61,101 nt of DNA from Gracilinanus agilis (taxonomy: Eukaryota): the NCBI RefSeq assembly GCF_016433145.1, contig NC_058130.1:735068404-735129504 (forward strand). Reading direction: 5' to 3'. The stretch's first letter is position 1, and every line of letters starts with the position of its first letter. The notes under the pieces are model-generated. The model saw nothing but the letters and a program-made list of their open reading frames with translations, made no database searches and was not told the origin of the DNA. A program made the translations under genes and the position numbers. This document shows, one piece after another, positions 45,461 to 60,375 of this stretch.

Positions 45461-47309
45461 AAAATAATGCACAGATCTGTAAGAACTAGAGGGCAAAGTG
45501 AAGATCAAGTCCCATGCTTATAAGAGCCAAAATTCAAAGTTCCCAAAATTAAATTTTTAGAAATACTGCAAACGCCCAGAAATAAATTAGTCCAAGTACC
45601 AAGGAACCAGTCAGGATCACATAAAACCTGGCAGCTTCAACTTCAAGGAAGAAAAGTCCTTGAAATATGATATTCCAAAAGGCAAAAAGAGATACTTTCA
45701 AGCGTTTCTGATGAAAGGGCTGAGCTATCAATATAGGAATTTTGAAATACAAAAAATAAGCCAAGAGAAACCCAGAAAAGTAATTTATTTGAGCAACTGG
45801 AAAAGGCTATGTAATAGACTGTATGTCTTTAAAGGGTAGAGTTAAATAAGAAAAACAGGATGAGCTAGTACTATTCTGACCATTTTAAAAGGTGAAAGAA
45901 AAGGAAGGGAAAAGGAATATATGACACATGTGACAACTCCCTGGAATTCATTATTCACACTAATGAGGCCCTCTCTGTCATGTAAAAAAGAGGAAGCTGA
46001 TAGAACTTGCTGTTTTCATACTTCAGATATGTGCTACAAAGAAGACACAAAACATGGAAGAACAGGTAGGAGGAGGCATCCAAAGAACTTCATTCTTAGC
46101 AGATACAGACAAAGGAGGGTTAAATACTTGTGTGCTCAAACAAATTTCATATAGAAATCCATCAAACCCATCAGAGTAAAATGAGACAAATCAAAAGAAC
46201 AATTTCTACAAGGACAACAATACTGTAAAGGAAAAGGGTGACTTAAAAACTGATCAATGCTTCCAACCAATGTTTCCAGAGGATACAAGACCTCCTAAGG
46301 GGTGGATTCAAGGCACAGAATGAGTCATTTCTGGCCTAGCTACTGTCTATATTTATTTTGTTGGAGTATGCTTATAGGTTAAAGATTTTTTTCTTCTTTC
46401 AGATGATTTTTAAATGGGGGGAGGGAGAGGGAGAGGGAAAGAAGGGGAGAGAAAGAGAGGAGGGGGGGCGGTTCAGTGAAGATTTGGGGTGGTGGTGGTA
46501 GAATAGTGATACCAAAGGGGATCAAAGAGAATAAGTTGCAAAGAAAGTACAAACAGGTCAGTTTTTAACAGAATCTTCTTTTTGTTTAAATTCTCAATAA
46601 ATTCTAAATCACTATTAAGGAGTCTCAATTTTCTAACTTTTGTGCATGTGAATCTACAGCTCCAATAACTGTAAACTCTTTAGTGATAAGAAGGTTGTTG
46701 AACCTCTGAAAAAGTAGAAAACAAATGCCATTTACTTTGACCTCAGAGGTGAACCCCTAACCTAGCCAAGATAAAAGAAAAGAATGCTAGGTTGAGGATC
46801 ATTCAGCCTAGGGAGGGGAGTAAAGGGAGCAGCCACTGGAAGCTAGGCAGAGAGACTCTCCCAGTCCCTGAGACTTATAACTTAGGCATCTTCCTCCTCT
46901 TCGCCCACCCCAGCCCATGTCCATCTCTTGTATATAGCCTCTTCTTTTCTCTGGAACTGCAATGACTGGTCCAAGGCCTCATTGCCTCATGCCTGAACTG
47001 TTGCAATGGCTTCTGCTTGCTCTTACTACTTCTAGTCTCTCCTCACCATAGTCCATCCTCCATTTAACTATTAAAACAAACTTTCTAGAGTGTAGGTCTG
47101 ACCATAGTACTCTTTCTCCTAATCATTAAACTGCAGGGACATCCTATGGTCTCTAGGAGCAAATGTAAAATCCTATGTTTGGCTTTCATAGCCTTTCACA
47201 ACTTAGTTTCTTCCTACCTTCCTAGTCTTATACCTTATTCCCCAATATTCTTTGTGATCCAGCAACACTGGCCTCTTTTCTATTCCCTTAAAAAAACAAA
47301 ACAAAACAA

Positions 47310-47480
47310 AAAAATCCTTACCTTTGTTTTAGAATTGACAATAAGCATCAGTTCCAGGCAGAAGAGCAGAAAGGGCTAGACAGGGGGGTTAAGTGACTTG
47401 CCATACAACTAGGAAGTGCCAGGATCTCCTGTCTCCAGACCTGCATCTCTATCCACAGAGCAATCTAGCTGACCTCATTT
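47310..47480 (-). mobile_element. SINE1_Mdo-like SINE (partly deleted)
   Basis: atccttacctttgttttagaattg ... aagtgacttgcc. Confidence 0.75.
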
Positions 47481-48580
47481 TTGCTTTTGCTTAAACAAGA
47501 CCCTCCATGACCTGACTAGGCATTTGCACTAGCTATCTCCCATGTGGAATTTTCTCCTTCCTCATCTCTTCTCCAGCTTGCTTCAAGTCTCAACTAAAAT
47601 CCTACATTGTACAAAAAGCCTTCCTGATCTCCCTTAATGACTTCCCTTGGTGACTATCTGCGATTCATTCTGTATGTAGCTTGCTTAGACTTTTCAGTCT
47701 CTCTCATAAGATTTTGAGAGCAGAAGCTGTTTTGTGCCTACCTATGTATCCCTGGCACTTAGTGTTTGTTGACTTGACAGACTTCGTTAAGAATCAGGAA
47801 TTGCACAGGTCCATTCTAGCTGAAAGCCAACTTCCTGAATCCCAAAAGTTCGCTGAGATTGTTCCTTCCACATGGCTTCAAGCACCACCTATGACTGACT
47901 ATGTGACCCTAGATAAGGTACTTGACCCCTTCGTGATCTAGGCAATCCTTTAAGAATGCAGAGAGGATGTGTTGACCCTTGCCGGTAGTGTGAATGTCTT
48001 AATCCATAGTTCCCTATACCAATGAACTCATGGGACTACTCTCTATCCCAACACTATGGCATAGTGAAATGAGCTAAAGGTTTAGGTTCTGAACCAGCAT
48101 AGAAATTTATTGTCTGCATGCATGACCTCAGGCAAATTAACTCCTTTCTCTGAGTTTCCTGTTCCATAAAATAAAGAGACTGGGTTAGATGAGCTCTAAA
48201 TTCTCATTCAGATCCAGTTCCTGTTGTTCCATAAAAGTACAAATCCTATCATTCTATGAACATTCCTTTGGCTTCAGGCAAGATCCTTTCTAGAGAGTCT
48301 GGGAAAACAAGATTTGCTAGTCTGTGGCAGGTTCCATGTCTCCACAGGGAAACACTATCAATCCTATGCCAAGGACAAGTTAGCACAGCACACAAGGCAA
48401 CCTAGTTTTCACCAGAGTTCTTAAAAGGTGAGGGTACCTGCCAGCCAAGGTAAAAGCCACACAACTGGTGAGAGTTGGATGTCCTTGTGTGGTTGCAATT
48501 AAAGACAAGCTGATGCTTTGGGAAGAGGCCCTGACTTGGCTGAAAATAAGCTGCTTCAGCTGTACCAAAAGCGCCCTAGA

Positions 48581-48790
48581 GGGCAGCTGGGTTGCTCAGT
48601 GGATTGAGAGTCAGACCTAGAGATGGGAAATCCTGGGTTCAAATCTGGCCTCAGACACTTCCTAGCTGTGTGACCCTGGACAAGTCACTTCACCCCCACT
48701 GCCTAGCCCTCACCACTCTTCTGCCTTGGAACCAATACCCAGTATTGATTCTAAGAAGGTAGGTAAGGATTAAAAAATAAAAATTTAAAT
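48581..48790 (+). mobile_element. SINE1_Mdo-like SINE with TSD
   Basis: Full body, TSD aaaagcgccc / aaaagcaccc. Confidence 0.88.
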
Positions 48791-48859
48791 TAAAAAGCAC
48801 CCCAGCAAGCACTGTGAGCAGGGCCTGGCACTAAGGGAGAGGGAGAAAGATATATTTTT

Positions 48860-49150
48860 AAAATCAATTCCATGTAGTAAATTTCCACAAGTTTTCCTAA
48901 GTTATATAATCAAACTTATCCCCCTTCCTGCCCCTTCCCTTCCCACTCCAGTGCTGGCAGGTGATTTGATCTGTATTATACATGTTTTATCATGCAAACA
49001 TATTTCCATATTATTCATTTTTATAAGTGAATAAAAACCAAAACCCCAAAACATAAACCCAAAGAAGTGAAAAACCACATGCTTTGATCTGCATTCTGAC
49101 TCCAACAATTCTTTCTCTGGAGGTAGATATCATTCTTTGTCATAAATCTG
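48860..49150 (-). mobile_element. L1 3' end fragment
   Basis: aatttccacaagtttt ... catgctttgatctgcattctgactccaacaattctttctctggaggtagata. Confidence 0.65.
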
Positions 49151-49319
49151 AGGGACAAATAACTAACCTGTGACTAGGTACTAGGCCTTCTTTGCACTCC
49201 CAATGGCTGTCCCATGACCCACTGGGACTCAGCTGGCCCCTCCATCTCAGGTGTCTACTTTCTCTAGCCTATTCTTTTTCACATAGCTGTCCCATGTAAT
49301 ACTTTTTTGTTTGTTTGTT

Positions 49320-49501
49320 TGTTTTTAAACCCTTGTACTTCGGTGTATTGTCTCATAGGTGGAAGATTGGTAAAGGTGGGCAATGGGGGTCAAGTGACTT
49401 GCCCAGGGTCACACAGCTGGGAAGTGGCTGAGGCCGGGTTTGAACCTGGGACCTCCTGTCTCTAGGCCTGACTCTCACTCCACTGAGCTACCCAGCTGCC
49501 C
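49320..49501 (-). mobile_element. SINE1_Mdo-like SINE (young subfamily)
   Basis: (tttg)n tail, then ggtggaagattggtaaagg ... gagctacccagctgccc. Confidence 0.88.
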
Positions 49502-50074
49502 AATCCCATGTAATACTAATAAGGCACAGGTAGGAATGTCCAGGTCACTTCCCAGCTCAATCAATAAACACTTATTAAGCACCTATTATATGCCAGGCAC
49601 TGTGCTAAGTGTTGGGAATACAAAGAGGCGAAAGATAGTCCCTTCCCTCAAGGAGCTTTTGTTTTATCTTTGTGTGACTCCTTAATGCCTCCGGAATAAA
49701 ACACAAAGCACTAAATCTGATTTTAAGGCTCTTCAAAATCTGCTTCTAACTTACTTTTCTAACCTTATTTTACATGGCTCCACATCCCAGCCAAAATGGA
49801 TTACTTGCAATTCCCCCCTACTTCACACTGCATCTCTCGACATTGAGCATTGGCTGTTATCCATACCTAGAATTTACTCCATTTTCCAGAAGCTTTCTCA
49901 GACCCTCCTAGTGCTTTCCTTTCTCCTTCAATCAATATTCCCAAACCTAATCTTAATCTGTCCTTTGTCTCCATCACCCCTTACCCTATAATATACAGGG
50001 TATCCCAAGCCTCGTAGTGGCCTTAAGCTTATTAAAATTTATTTGGGGTGGGCGAGGGGGGAGAACCTCCTCTT

Positions 50075-50390
50075 GCAGTTAGGTGGCTCAGTGGATTGAG
50101 AGCCAGGCCTAAAGACATTAGGTCCTGGCTTCCAATACACAGTATTGATTCTAAGATAGAAAGTGAGGGTTTAAAAAACACAAAACTTATTTGGGAATAG
50201 ATCATACTTAAAAACAAACAAACAAACAAACAAAAAAAAACTTATCTGCCATCTTAGAATCAACATGCAGTACTGGTTCCAAGTCAGAAAACCAGTAAGG
50301 GCTAGGCAGTGTCTGATGCCAGACTTGAACTTAGGTCCTTCTGATGCTAGGTCTGGCACTCTATCCACTGAGCTATTACCTGCCCCTCTC
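50075..50390. mobile_element. Tail-to-tail pair of internally deleted SINE1-like copies (+ 50075-50175; - 50230-50390)
   Basis: gcagttaggtggctcagtgg ... gagggttt, then (aaac)n, then cttagaatc ... ccactgagcta. Confidence 0.7.
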
Positions 50391-52080
50391 TATGTCTTTT
50401 GACAAAAAAAGGACACCAGTGCTCAGGCTATCCACCAGCTGTCCTTCATTTCCCCTGTGACTAGTCTATTTTCTTTTTCAATTACATATTTTCCTAATAA
50501 TTTTTATTCTAGTTCAATATCTTACACGGCCCTGTGTAGTGTAAGGGAGGTTATTGGAGCTGGAAGGAATTTTAGTCCATTAACCCAACCTAAGGAGAAG
50601 TCCAGGAACAAATTCTAGTACTTCCACTTATTAAATGTGAATTATTTTATCAGTCAGACCCCAGAAAAGTCCTTTTCTCTGCTCTGAAACTCAGTTCTAA
50701 GTCCCCTTCCTCCTGGAAAATGCCATATACACATCGCTATATCATGGTCTGGACATTAGTTAACTAAGCAGGAGTTACTCAAGTTCTCTAAGCAGTAGAA
50801 GCAATAGTTGGAAACTGCAGACATCATGGTACAATTTGTGGTGGAAAATGTTAGTCAGATCTTGATCTAATCCCAGTCCTGCTTTTAACTAACTGTGTGA
50901 CCTTGAACAAATAACTTTACCTCCCCAGGCCTTACTTTCTTCATCTCTAAAATGAAGAGGATGGACTAGGTGACCTATAGGTTCCTTCAAACTGTAAATA
51001 TATGACTCTACTGTCTAGTGAGGCTATTACCAATTTCACACAAATGAAAAAGAATCCAGCCACAAAAAGGAGGTAAAACACAATATAAATGAACTACTAT
51101 ATCTGATTTTATCCTAAGAACCATCTTGAGGTAGACCACATTCATTTTACAGATAGGAAACTTGAGGCCCAGAAACAGGAAGTAGTTGTCAAGACTAAAT
51201 TACATATAGTCTTTGGCTCTGCCAGGTAAGCTAGCACCTTATGCAGTACTGATATATGCTAACTAATTTGGTCAGCCCTGTGAGGTAGGTGCCAGTATTA
51301 TCCCCATGTGTCCAAGTACACACTGTCTGAACTAGAAGAAACCTAGGAATTTCCCTCAATTCCTCCTTATCTCTCAGCTCACCATATTCAATCCATTGCC
51401 AAGTCTTGCCAGTTTTACATCTCTTGTTTATAACCTTTTCTCTCCTTGGATGCCGACAGCACCTTGATCCAGGCTTTCATCACCTCTTACTGCAATAGCC
51501 TGCTTGCTGGTCTCCCTGCCTTGATCTTCTCTGCACTCCAGTCTACACTCCCCTTAACTGTCAAATGGATCTTCCTAAAGTGCAGGTCTGACCATGTCAC
51601 CATGTCATGAATAGGGATTCAATAAACTCCAGGGGTTCTCTGTTACCACCAGGATCAATATAAAACTCCCTGTTTAGCATTCAAAGCCCTTCATAACTTC
51701 ATCCACTCCCACCTTTCCAATCTCCTTCACCCCATCCCTATTATTCTGGGATCCAGTGACACTGGCCGTCTGTTCTTGAACTAGATACTCCATCTCCTGC
51801 TGTAGGCATTTTCAGCTCTTTTCCATGCCTGGAATTCTCTTCCTTTTCATGTCTCCTGGCCTTCCTGACTTACTTCTTAATGATTGGACCTTCCCTTTGT
51901 TGATCAAATCCAATTCATATAGTTTGTACAGTCATTTGCATATAATTTCCCTCCATTAGACTTGTGAGCTCCTTGAGAGAAGGGGTTGATTTGCCTTTCT
52001 TTGTATTCTCAGTGCTTAGCACAGTGCTTGGTACACAGTGGGTGCTTAATAAATCCTCACTGACTAACTTGGCTAGCAGT

Positions 52081-52335
52081 TTTGGGGCAGCTTGGTGATG
52101 TAGTAGACAGAACACCTGTCTGAGTCAGGGAGACTCATCTTCCTAAATTCAAATCTGCCCTCATATACTCAATAGCTGTGTGATCTTGGGAAAGTCACTT
52201 CACCCTTTCGGCCTTAGTTTCTTCATCTGTAAAGTGATCAGGAGAAGGAAATGGCAAACAGCTCCGATATCACTGCTAAGAAAACCCCAAAATGGAGTCA
52301 CAAAGAGTCAGACATGACTGAAAAACGGCTGAACA
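52081..52335 (+). mobile_element. MAR1-like SINE
   Basis: ggggcagcttggtgatgtagtagacag ... gagaaggaaatggcaaac ... gagtcagacatgactgaa (MIR core plus an RTE/Bov-A-like tail). Confidence 0.75.
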
Positions 52336-52970
52336 AAGACTAACTTGCCTAAAGTCACAAAAGTAGGAAAAACTGGCAATCTAGGAAAAGAAACAAGATT
52401 TATGAACCCCAAGCTCATTTTATTACATCACAGGGCCCAATTCTCCATTTGTTAAGGAACAGAAGAGTGTACACAATACCATCCTAAAACCAATAGGCTT
52501 TGCAGCCTGCTCCCCAACTACACTCTCTGGCCCATTGACATGGTGGGCACCATTCATGGTCAAACCCCAAAGAAAATCCTGTATACCTCTATTATGGTCT
52601 TTGGGAGTTGAGGGGAAAACCATCAACTCTCTTTAGGAAAGTTTTCCCAGTCTCAGTACTAGATAACAGGACTCCAGTGACATCCCATCAGGTTTACAGC
52701 AAACCATTGTGTAGATCACATACTATCCATGAGGGAAGAGACTCTGTGGATAATACTCAGAAACTTAGAGTTCATCCAGTTCAAATCCCTCTTTTATGAG
52801 GACACTAAAACTCAGAGAAGTGATTTGCTCCACTACAGGAAATAGTGATTAGCAGGGCTATGATTCAAACTTAGGTACTCTGACTACAAATCTAGTACTT
52901 CTAGTACCCTTTGTATACCATGTTGCCCCTCTTAGCAAGTGACATTACAGCCTCCATTTAAAGATCTCTG

Positions 52971-53165
52971 GGGGGCAGCTGGGTGGCTCAATGTCTTGAG
53001 AGCCAGACCTAGAGATGGCAGGTCCTAGTTCAAATCTGGCCTCAGACACTTCTTAGCTGTGTCTGTCACTTAACCCCCATTGCCTAGCCCTTACTACTCT
53101 TCTGCCTTGAAGACAATACACAGTATTGACTCCAAGACAGAAGGCAAGGGGTTTTATTTTCAAAA
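52971..53165 (+). mobile_element. SINE1_Mdo-like SINE with TSD
   Basis: TSD taaagatctctgg on both sides. Confidence 0.88.
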
Positions 53166-56100
53166 AATAAAGATCTCTGGTTTGGGGACCTCATTATCTC
53201 CTGAGGCAGCCCACCCAGCTTTTGAACATTTCTCACCATTATGAGTTTTTTCTTACATAGAACCAAAATTGACCTCTCTGAAACTTCTAGAGGATTTAAC
53301 ACTGTTCAAAGTACTTTCCAATACTTTCATTTGAATCTCACAACCACCCTGAGTCCAGTCAGTTAAGCACTATCCTTGTTTGAAAGAAAAAATGGAGACC
53401 CAAAGAAGTTGAATAATTTGCCATAGATCACATATTCCTAATATTCATCCTTACTTTAGAGTTGGAAAGGATCTTGCATCATACAGTCCATGCCCCTCAG
53501 TCTACACATAAGATAAGCCCCCAAAGGTTCAGAAACTTGACCTAGGACCGGCAGGTAATAATAAGTAGTAAGCAGCAGTCCTGGATACTCAATCTCAGGC
53601 ACTCTGATTCTAAGGCCAGAGCTCTTTCTACAATGTGTCACCACCATGTAGACACTGCAATTTCCACCCATCCTTGGACTCTTGAAGGAGAACTTCATTA
53701 ATTTGGCCTCAGTTGACTCATGACAAACCCAGACTGCCTACAAAGAAGTAAAATGACCCATGTAGAGAATAAAGTTGGTGGAAAATCCCATGCTCTAATC
53801 AAGGATCTAGCCAGAATGACTGATGCACTCCCAGCCTGGGGGGAGATAGGTATTCCAGTTCCCTTCTTCCCCACAGAAAAGATAATGTCCAGGACTCTTC
53901 CTACAACACCAGGTCACATTTATCTGACAATAAAGGGATTTTCAAGTACTATACAAACACAAGAGATTATCTGTCCAGAAAACTGAAGGACAAGTAATTT
54001 CTGATTGACAAGGAATCTTCAAATACATAAGCCATAAAAATGTCAGCTGAGTCAAAACCCTTTCTCTACAGGCCATGTCTGCAATACTACCTAAGATTAA
54101 ATACTCACCCTGAAAGGGGCTCTCTCTTTTGGGTATTCCTTAATTCATAGAATAAATGTATTCTGTACCTTCCATCTGAGAAAGTTAGTTTCTCATAGGA
54201 CTTCTATTTAATATACTTCTTCCCTTTAGAGTCTTTAACAGCTTCAGGGATGAGGAGAGACAATGAAGAAGAGAGGGGAAAAAAAGGCTGCTCTAAGCCA
54301 GATCCTATGAAAAAGAAGTGGAAATTCCCCAGGTCTTGAAATTTTTGGCTATTCTTATCAGTCAGATCACAAATATTCATTTAATGTCTAATGTGTGCAG
54401 GGCACAGAGAATACAAACTGTGGTGATGGTGGAGAATAGTCTTTCCTCTCAAGGAGCTCAGTCTACATGCAAAAAATGATGTACAAACAAGCTGTATACA
54501 GGATAATTTGGAAGCAATCACAGAGGGATTAGCATTACAGAAATAAAGTGGGATTTTAGTTTGGACTTAAATCAAAGGGACAGAGATGAAGAGGGAGAGA
54601 ATTCCAGGCCTAAAGGGGAGACGGGGATTTGTGCAGTAATGGAATTGGTATTTTACTTATAGGAAGAATACTTTAACAGTTAACAAACTAATAACAGACC
54701 AAACCTGTTTTAGAATTTGACTTGAAAATTGTCATTAACCTTCCTTCCATTAATATAGGTTTAGTGGAAAAGGGATTGGGATTGGAATCAGGAACCTGGT
54801 TCAAACCCTGCCACTTCATAGCTGTGTAGCTTTGACTACGTCACTTAACCTCTCATTTGCTCTTCTATAAAATATGGACAATATGAATAGCCCCCAAATG
54901 AAAGGGTTGCTGTGAGAATCACAGTGTGCATGATGAAACCAAAGTATTCTATATCAAGGATTATTATATATACACATACATCACCTACTTTCTTGTCAAG
55001 GTTTCCCCTTCCTCATGCCTTACTTTTCCCCTAAGAAAGATGAACAGCTGCTTGTCTTGCCTCCATAACTAGAGACTGTAAGTCCGTGGCAGGAAAACTG
55101 TCTTAATACTTCATTAGGCTTCTAAATGGTCTCCTGAATAATAAAAACCACTATTTATATGATGATTCAAGGTGTGGGAAATGTTTATATCTTACTTGGC
55201 TCCTCAAACTAATCCTACGAGGTAGGTGCTATAATCCCCATTTTACAGATGAGAAAACTGAGGTTCAGATAGGTCATCGATGGCTAACATTTTTAAGGCC
55301 CTGTGCCATGCCCTGCCCCTGGCTGTGTGCAGTGTCCCACCTGGCTGGCTATGCTCAGATATCAGGACCATGCAGCGCCACACCACCCCTCTTCCATGTT
55401 CAGAGGCTGGGTCAGGCTTTTGGCTGGCCAAGCCAGCACTGAGCTCCACCCAGAGAGAGGCTCAAGTGCTGCACCCCTGAACACAGGTGCCTACGAATGC
55501 CACAGAGGTCTCTGTGTGCCATCTTTAACACATGTGCCATAAGTTCGCCATCATGGAGATAGGTTAAATAATTTGCCCAGAATCATACAGGTAAAGTGTT
55601 TGAGAAGGAATTCAAACCCAGATAATCCTGGTTCCACATTCAGTCCCTCTACCTACTATAGCAAGCTATAAATCTTTCATCCATCTTCCTAACTGATAGT
55701 CCTAAAAGCACTTTTCTTATCACGCACTTTGTCAGATCAAGGAAACTCTCAGTGACTCCCTAGTGTCTCTGTGGAGAAACACCAATTCATTCCATCTGGC
55801 TTTCCCTTGACTTGGCAGCTCTGATGCCTCCCCCAGACACCCTCGACATTCCAGCCACACTGGCACAAGCTGAAGGTTCTCACTCACCCAAGGCTTGAGA
55901 CCTCTAGTTCCTCTCAAAGGTCAGCTCAGTTGCCTTCTTTAATGAGAGGCCTGACTCGCCACAGTACTGTGGTACCCATTCTAGTCCTTGAAATGACTTT
56001 GTGCTAAGTGATCTCCATTCTGTCCCCAACAAGAATAGGACCCCTACTGAGTTTTCCCTTCTAGTTCTCCTCACAAGCCAATCTCTAAGGCTGAAGCTAG

Positions 56101-56679
56101 ACTGTATCCCTCCTTATTCACCTTCAATGACCCCTTGCTACCCTTTCTCAAGACCTTCCATGATTTGCTCTCAATCTACTTTTTCTTTATCTTCTATTAC
56201 TACTTAACTTCATGATTCAAACAAATTAGCACACTCTAATTCTCTGAACATGCCCTGAACTAAAGTTTACATTTACCTTTGCCTAGCCTCTATCCTATTT
56301 AAATCTTACCTTCAAAAAATATCACCTCTATGAAGCTTTTTCTAAGTTCCCAAACCAAAAGTGAATCCTATGTCAAAGTCAGGAACTTGTCTAACATGGC
56401 AAACAATCAGTAAATATATCAGTTCAACAGGAATATATGTGTCATGTTGGTGGCGGTAAGGGATAAATATAAAAGTTTTAAAAATCCAATTACTTTAATT
56501 ATGACATAAAACATGTCATTTGTTTCAACTCTCATGGTGATGACTTTGCAACCTATTCAACTTGTATTGGCACCAACACAAGAATCATTTTGGCAAAATA
56601 AAAAAACAAATTGTAGATTAAAAGAATTAAAGATATTCCTAAATATTTTTAAGATTTTAATTTTACATTGATCTAATTT

Positions 56680-56860
56680 TTTTTTAATTCTTACCTTCTA
56701 TTTTAGACTGTGTATTGGTTCCAAGGCAGAGGAATGGTAAAGCAATGAGGGTTAAGAGATTTGCCCAGGGTCACATAATTAGAAAGTGTTTAAGGCCATA
56801 TTTTAACTCAGGACCTCCCATTTCTAGGTCTGGCCTTTAATCCACTGAGCCATCTACCTG
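56680..56860 (-). mobile_element. SINE1_Mdo-like SINE
   Basis: ttcttaccttctattttagac ... ccactgagccatctacc. Confidence 0.8.
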
Positions 56861-58243
56861 ACCTGAACTGATCTAACTTCATAGGCTAAAAACTTTTTCT
56901 TAGAAACTAGACTAAATATCACACAGTCATCAGTAAAGCATTCCACAGATCAATTATTCTTTTAAATATATTCCAAAAAGAAAGATGGACTGAAATATCA
57001 CTGTTTAAGAGGTGGGTTTGTTCCTCCATGAGGTTGTTGGGAATCAGGTCATTTCTTGGAAGAGGTGACTACCAGCAGCTCAAGCATCCTCTCTGAACAA
57101 AACAAAAGTGATTATCATTCCTCCTAAGGCCCAAGCCATCTTTCTTCCTAAATTCCCAAGTTGTGTCAACGGCATCAATTTCTTTCCATTATCCATCCTC
57201 TCCCTCATCCCTATTTCTCCACCTCACACGACCATCATCTTAGGTCAAGTCTTCATCGCCTCTTAAATAAACTATTACAATAGCTTCCAGTCCCTCCTTT
57301 CTTCAATCCATCCTTCACAGAGCTGTCATCCAAAGTAAAGGTTGATCATGTCACTCCTTTGCAAAAGAAGCCTCAGTGGCCTCCTACTAGTTCAAGGGTA
57401 AAATACAAACTATTCTGCATGACATTTTAGTCCTTCAAAATCTGGCTCTAATGAATAATGAAATGTTACCCACCTCCCAAAGAGAAGTGAAGGACTCAAG
57501 ATGCAAATCAGACATAATTTTTGGCCATGGCCAATTCAGGAATTTGTCTTGCTTGACGATACATATTTGTTACAAGAAGTATGACTTTTTTCCCTTTTTC
57601 AATTGGGGGAGATTATGGAAAAGAAACAATCACTAAGTATTTGTTAAGTACCCACTATGTGCCAAGCACTGTGCTAAATAAATGCTGGGCATATGAAGAA
57701 AAACAAAATATTAAATAAAAAACAAAGCTTGAAATGGAGGCACAAGATAACAATGAACATGTTACTTCTATAGATCTAATGATTATAACTACTGAATGGT
57801 GTTTTAGTTAACTATTAATTAGTTATTATATATAACTATTAATTACTTATTAACGGGTTCTTATTCTGCTTTTTTTCTTTTTGATGCCTGGGAGTTCTAC
57901 TGGCATCTTTGCAGCAATTCTTCACTCTAATGGGGAAAATAATATACAACTGGCTACAAATAGGATGTATAAAGAAATGGGGATAATTTGAAAGGGAAGA
58001 TGCTAAGTAGGACTGGGAAGGCTTCTTGTAAAAGATGAGACTTTAGTCAGGGAAGTCACAAGGGAGAAGTGAATATTTGTTGTGTTTGAGAATAGGCAAG
58101 GAAGATCATTTGATCACAGAGTATGGGGAGAGAAATAAGGTGTTAAAAGACTAAAAAGGTAAGCAGGGGGCAAGCTTTGAAGGTTTTTGTTCATTCATTG
58201 GGAAAAAAAAGTTAAATAAAATTTTTTTTAAAATCTGGCTTCT

Positions 58244-58600
58244 GGGGGCAGCTGAGTAGCTCAGTGGATTGAGAGTCAGGCCTAGAGATGGGAGGTCCTA
58301 GGTTCAAATCTGACCTCAGATATTTCCTAGCAGTGTGACCCTGGGCAAGTCACTTAACCCCCATTGCCTATTCCTTACCACTCTTCTGCCTCAGGGCCAA
58401 TACACAGTATTGACTCCAAGACAGAAGGTAAAGGTTTTTAAAAAAAAAAAAATCTGGCTCCCAAACTGGCCTCAGACATTGCTAGCTATCTAACCCCTTG
58501 ACAAGTCATTCAGTTCCAATCACCTAGCCCTCACTGCTCTTTTGCCTTGGAACAGATACTTAGCATTGATTCTAAGATGGAAGGTAAGGATTTAATTTTT
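58244..58600 (+). mobile_element. SINE1_Mdo-like SINE with TSD plus an adjacent 3'-half copy
   Basis: TSD aaaatctggct at 58230-58240 and 58449-58459. A second partial copy spans 58465-58600. Confidence 0.85.
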
Positions 58601-60375
58601 TTTTTAATTTGGCTCCCTTTCATCTTTTTAGACTAATATCACATAATTCCTCTTACTATACTGGGTCTGACCCAAGCTTGCCTCATGGCAGTTCTCCCTG
58701 TAGGTCCCTTCATCTCCTCCCTCAATGCTTTTACATAAGCTAGTGCCCAGAATTCTCTTCTTAGACATCCATAGCTCCCCTTCAAGTACCACCTAGTTAG
58801 CCTTCCCCGATTCTGTCTGTGCTGTCTTATTTTGCCCCTAAATGACTTTTTATTTACTTTACATATAATTCATATTCACTTATTCACATATATTAATAAT
58901 AGCTAACATTTACATTCGGATTTTGCATTTGCCAAGTACTTTTATATTATTTCATTTTCACAACAACTCTATTATATACCTACTATTAATATTCCTATTT
59001 TAGAGATGAGAAAACTGAGTCAGAGAGAAGTTAAATTGCTTGCTCAGGATCACACAGCTGGCAAGTGACCAAGGCAAGATTCAACTCCCAGTACAGGGGT
59101 ATAGTCACTATAACAATATCTTTTACTGCCAGTAGAACATAAACTCCTTGAGGGCAGAGGCTGCTTCGCTTTTTGATCTTTGCATTCTGAGTGTCTAGCA
59201 CATTTCTTTGTCCATAATACATAAATAATAAATACAAAAATGAACAGATTTGCAAGATGCTGAAAGGAAAGAGTACAGGAAACTGAGTACTCCCCACTTT
59301 TTGGAGCTTAAGCTCAAAGAAGAAATACATTGATGAATAAGCCTACAAATTTCATTTCTTATCTATCAAGTATTTTCTGGGCTTTTTATTTGTCCTCTTC
59401 CTAAAGAAATCAATCTTAACAGTATGGATCAGTGACGACACAAAAGTTGGTTCCCAAACAGAAGGGCTTCTTTGATTCTATGCTCCCCAGAAACACAATC
59501 ATCTACCCTGAGGGTGTCTCCTGAGCCTAAAAGGGCTATTCAGCCAATCCTATTGCCAGGAATAGGAATTCACAGGGATTTCAGATGGGTCTCTGAAGAA
59601 ATACTAGGAAACAGTAACACATTTGTTTCAAAGAAGCTTAGCAATTATTCATACCCTTAACTTTTCTCTACTTCAGATTTTTAAAAGCCAGGGCATTTAT
59701 GAAGGGAAGCCCCTTCTGAAAAAAAGAATGGCCTTTAAGGGAATCTGGGGGAGGAAGATAAATCTTGAAGGCTTTTCTGGAGTCCTGGAAGGTGAGAAAG
59801 GAGAGTTCTCCGTGGGGGAAAAAAAAAGTCTAGGGATAGGCAGACTTCACACTTGTTTCCCTAAGCATTCCTGGAGACTGATTCATCTCTTGTCCTTTGG
59901 TCCATAGGATATCAAAGAAGACCAACTCACCCATGCACTGGAAAGGGAAAGATAGTTCTTGAGGTGAAGTGTGAAGTACACATATTTTGGGGAAAGGACA
60001 GGAGTCACCGATTTCTAGGCTCTTTCCTCTAGATACCTAATGCCACCCCTCACATCTCCTCAGCATCTGAGGCAGGGGTTTCCAGTACATACTCAAGTTC
60101 AGTACTTCCCCAGGTGTCCATTCCCTACTTAGATGTTCCTAACCATCCCCACTCCCGGTTTGCTCTCAATCTTTCCCACATGCCTTCCGGGGGACCCGAG
60201 AGAAGAACTTAAGAGGAAAAAATGTAGTCTTCGGGTGAGACGTGGCTTCCAAGGGAGCAAATGAGAAGACTGTGGAGGACAGCCCAGAAGGGGAAAACTG
60301 AAGAAGAGAGGGCAGGCCCGGACGGGGAGAGAGGAGAGGCTTAGGGGGCAGGAGGGGCCTGGGAGAGAGGGAAGG

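Larger units (their letters stand above)
43200..46600 (+). mobile_element. Old L1 5' region (5' UTR and ORF1 remnants), interrupted
   Basis: An L1 5' UTR-like cagcccaagacaacctagaagg (~44185) and an ORF1 C-terminal remnant resembling RITQDLAAST...NMIFQKAKE (~45610-45690). Confidence 0.6.

Noticed and set aside
57800-57860. AT-rich imperfect palindrome (taactattaatta twice)
   Set aside because: Low-complexity AT sequence in which such symmetry is expected by chance.
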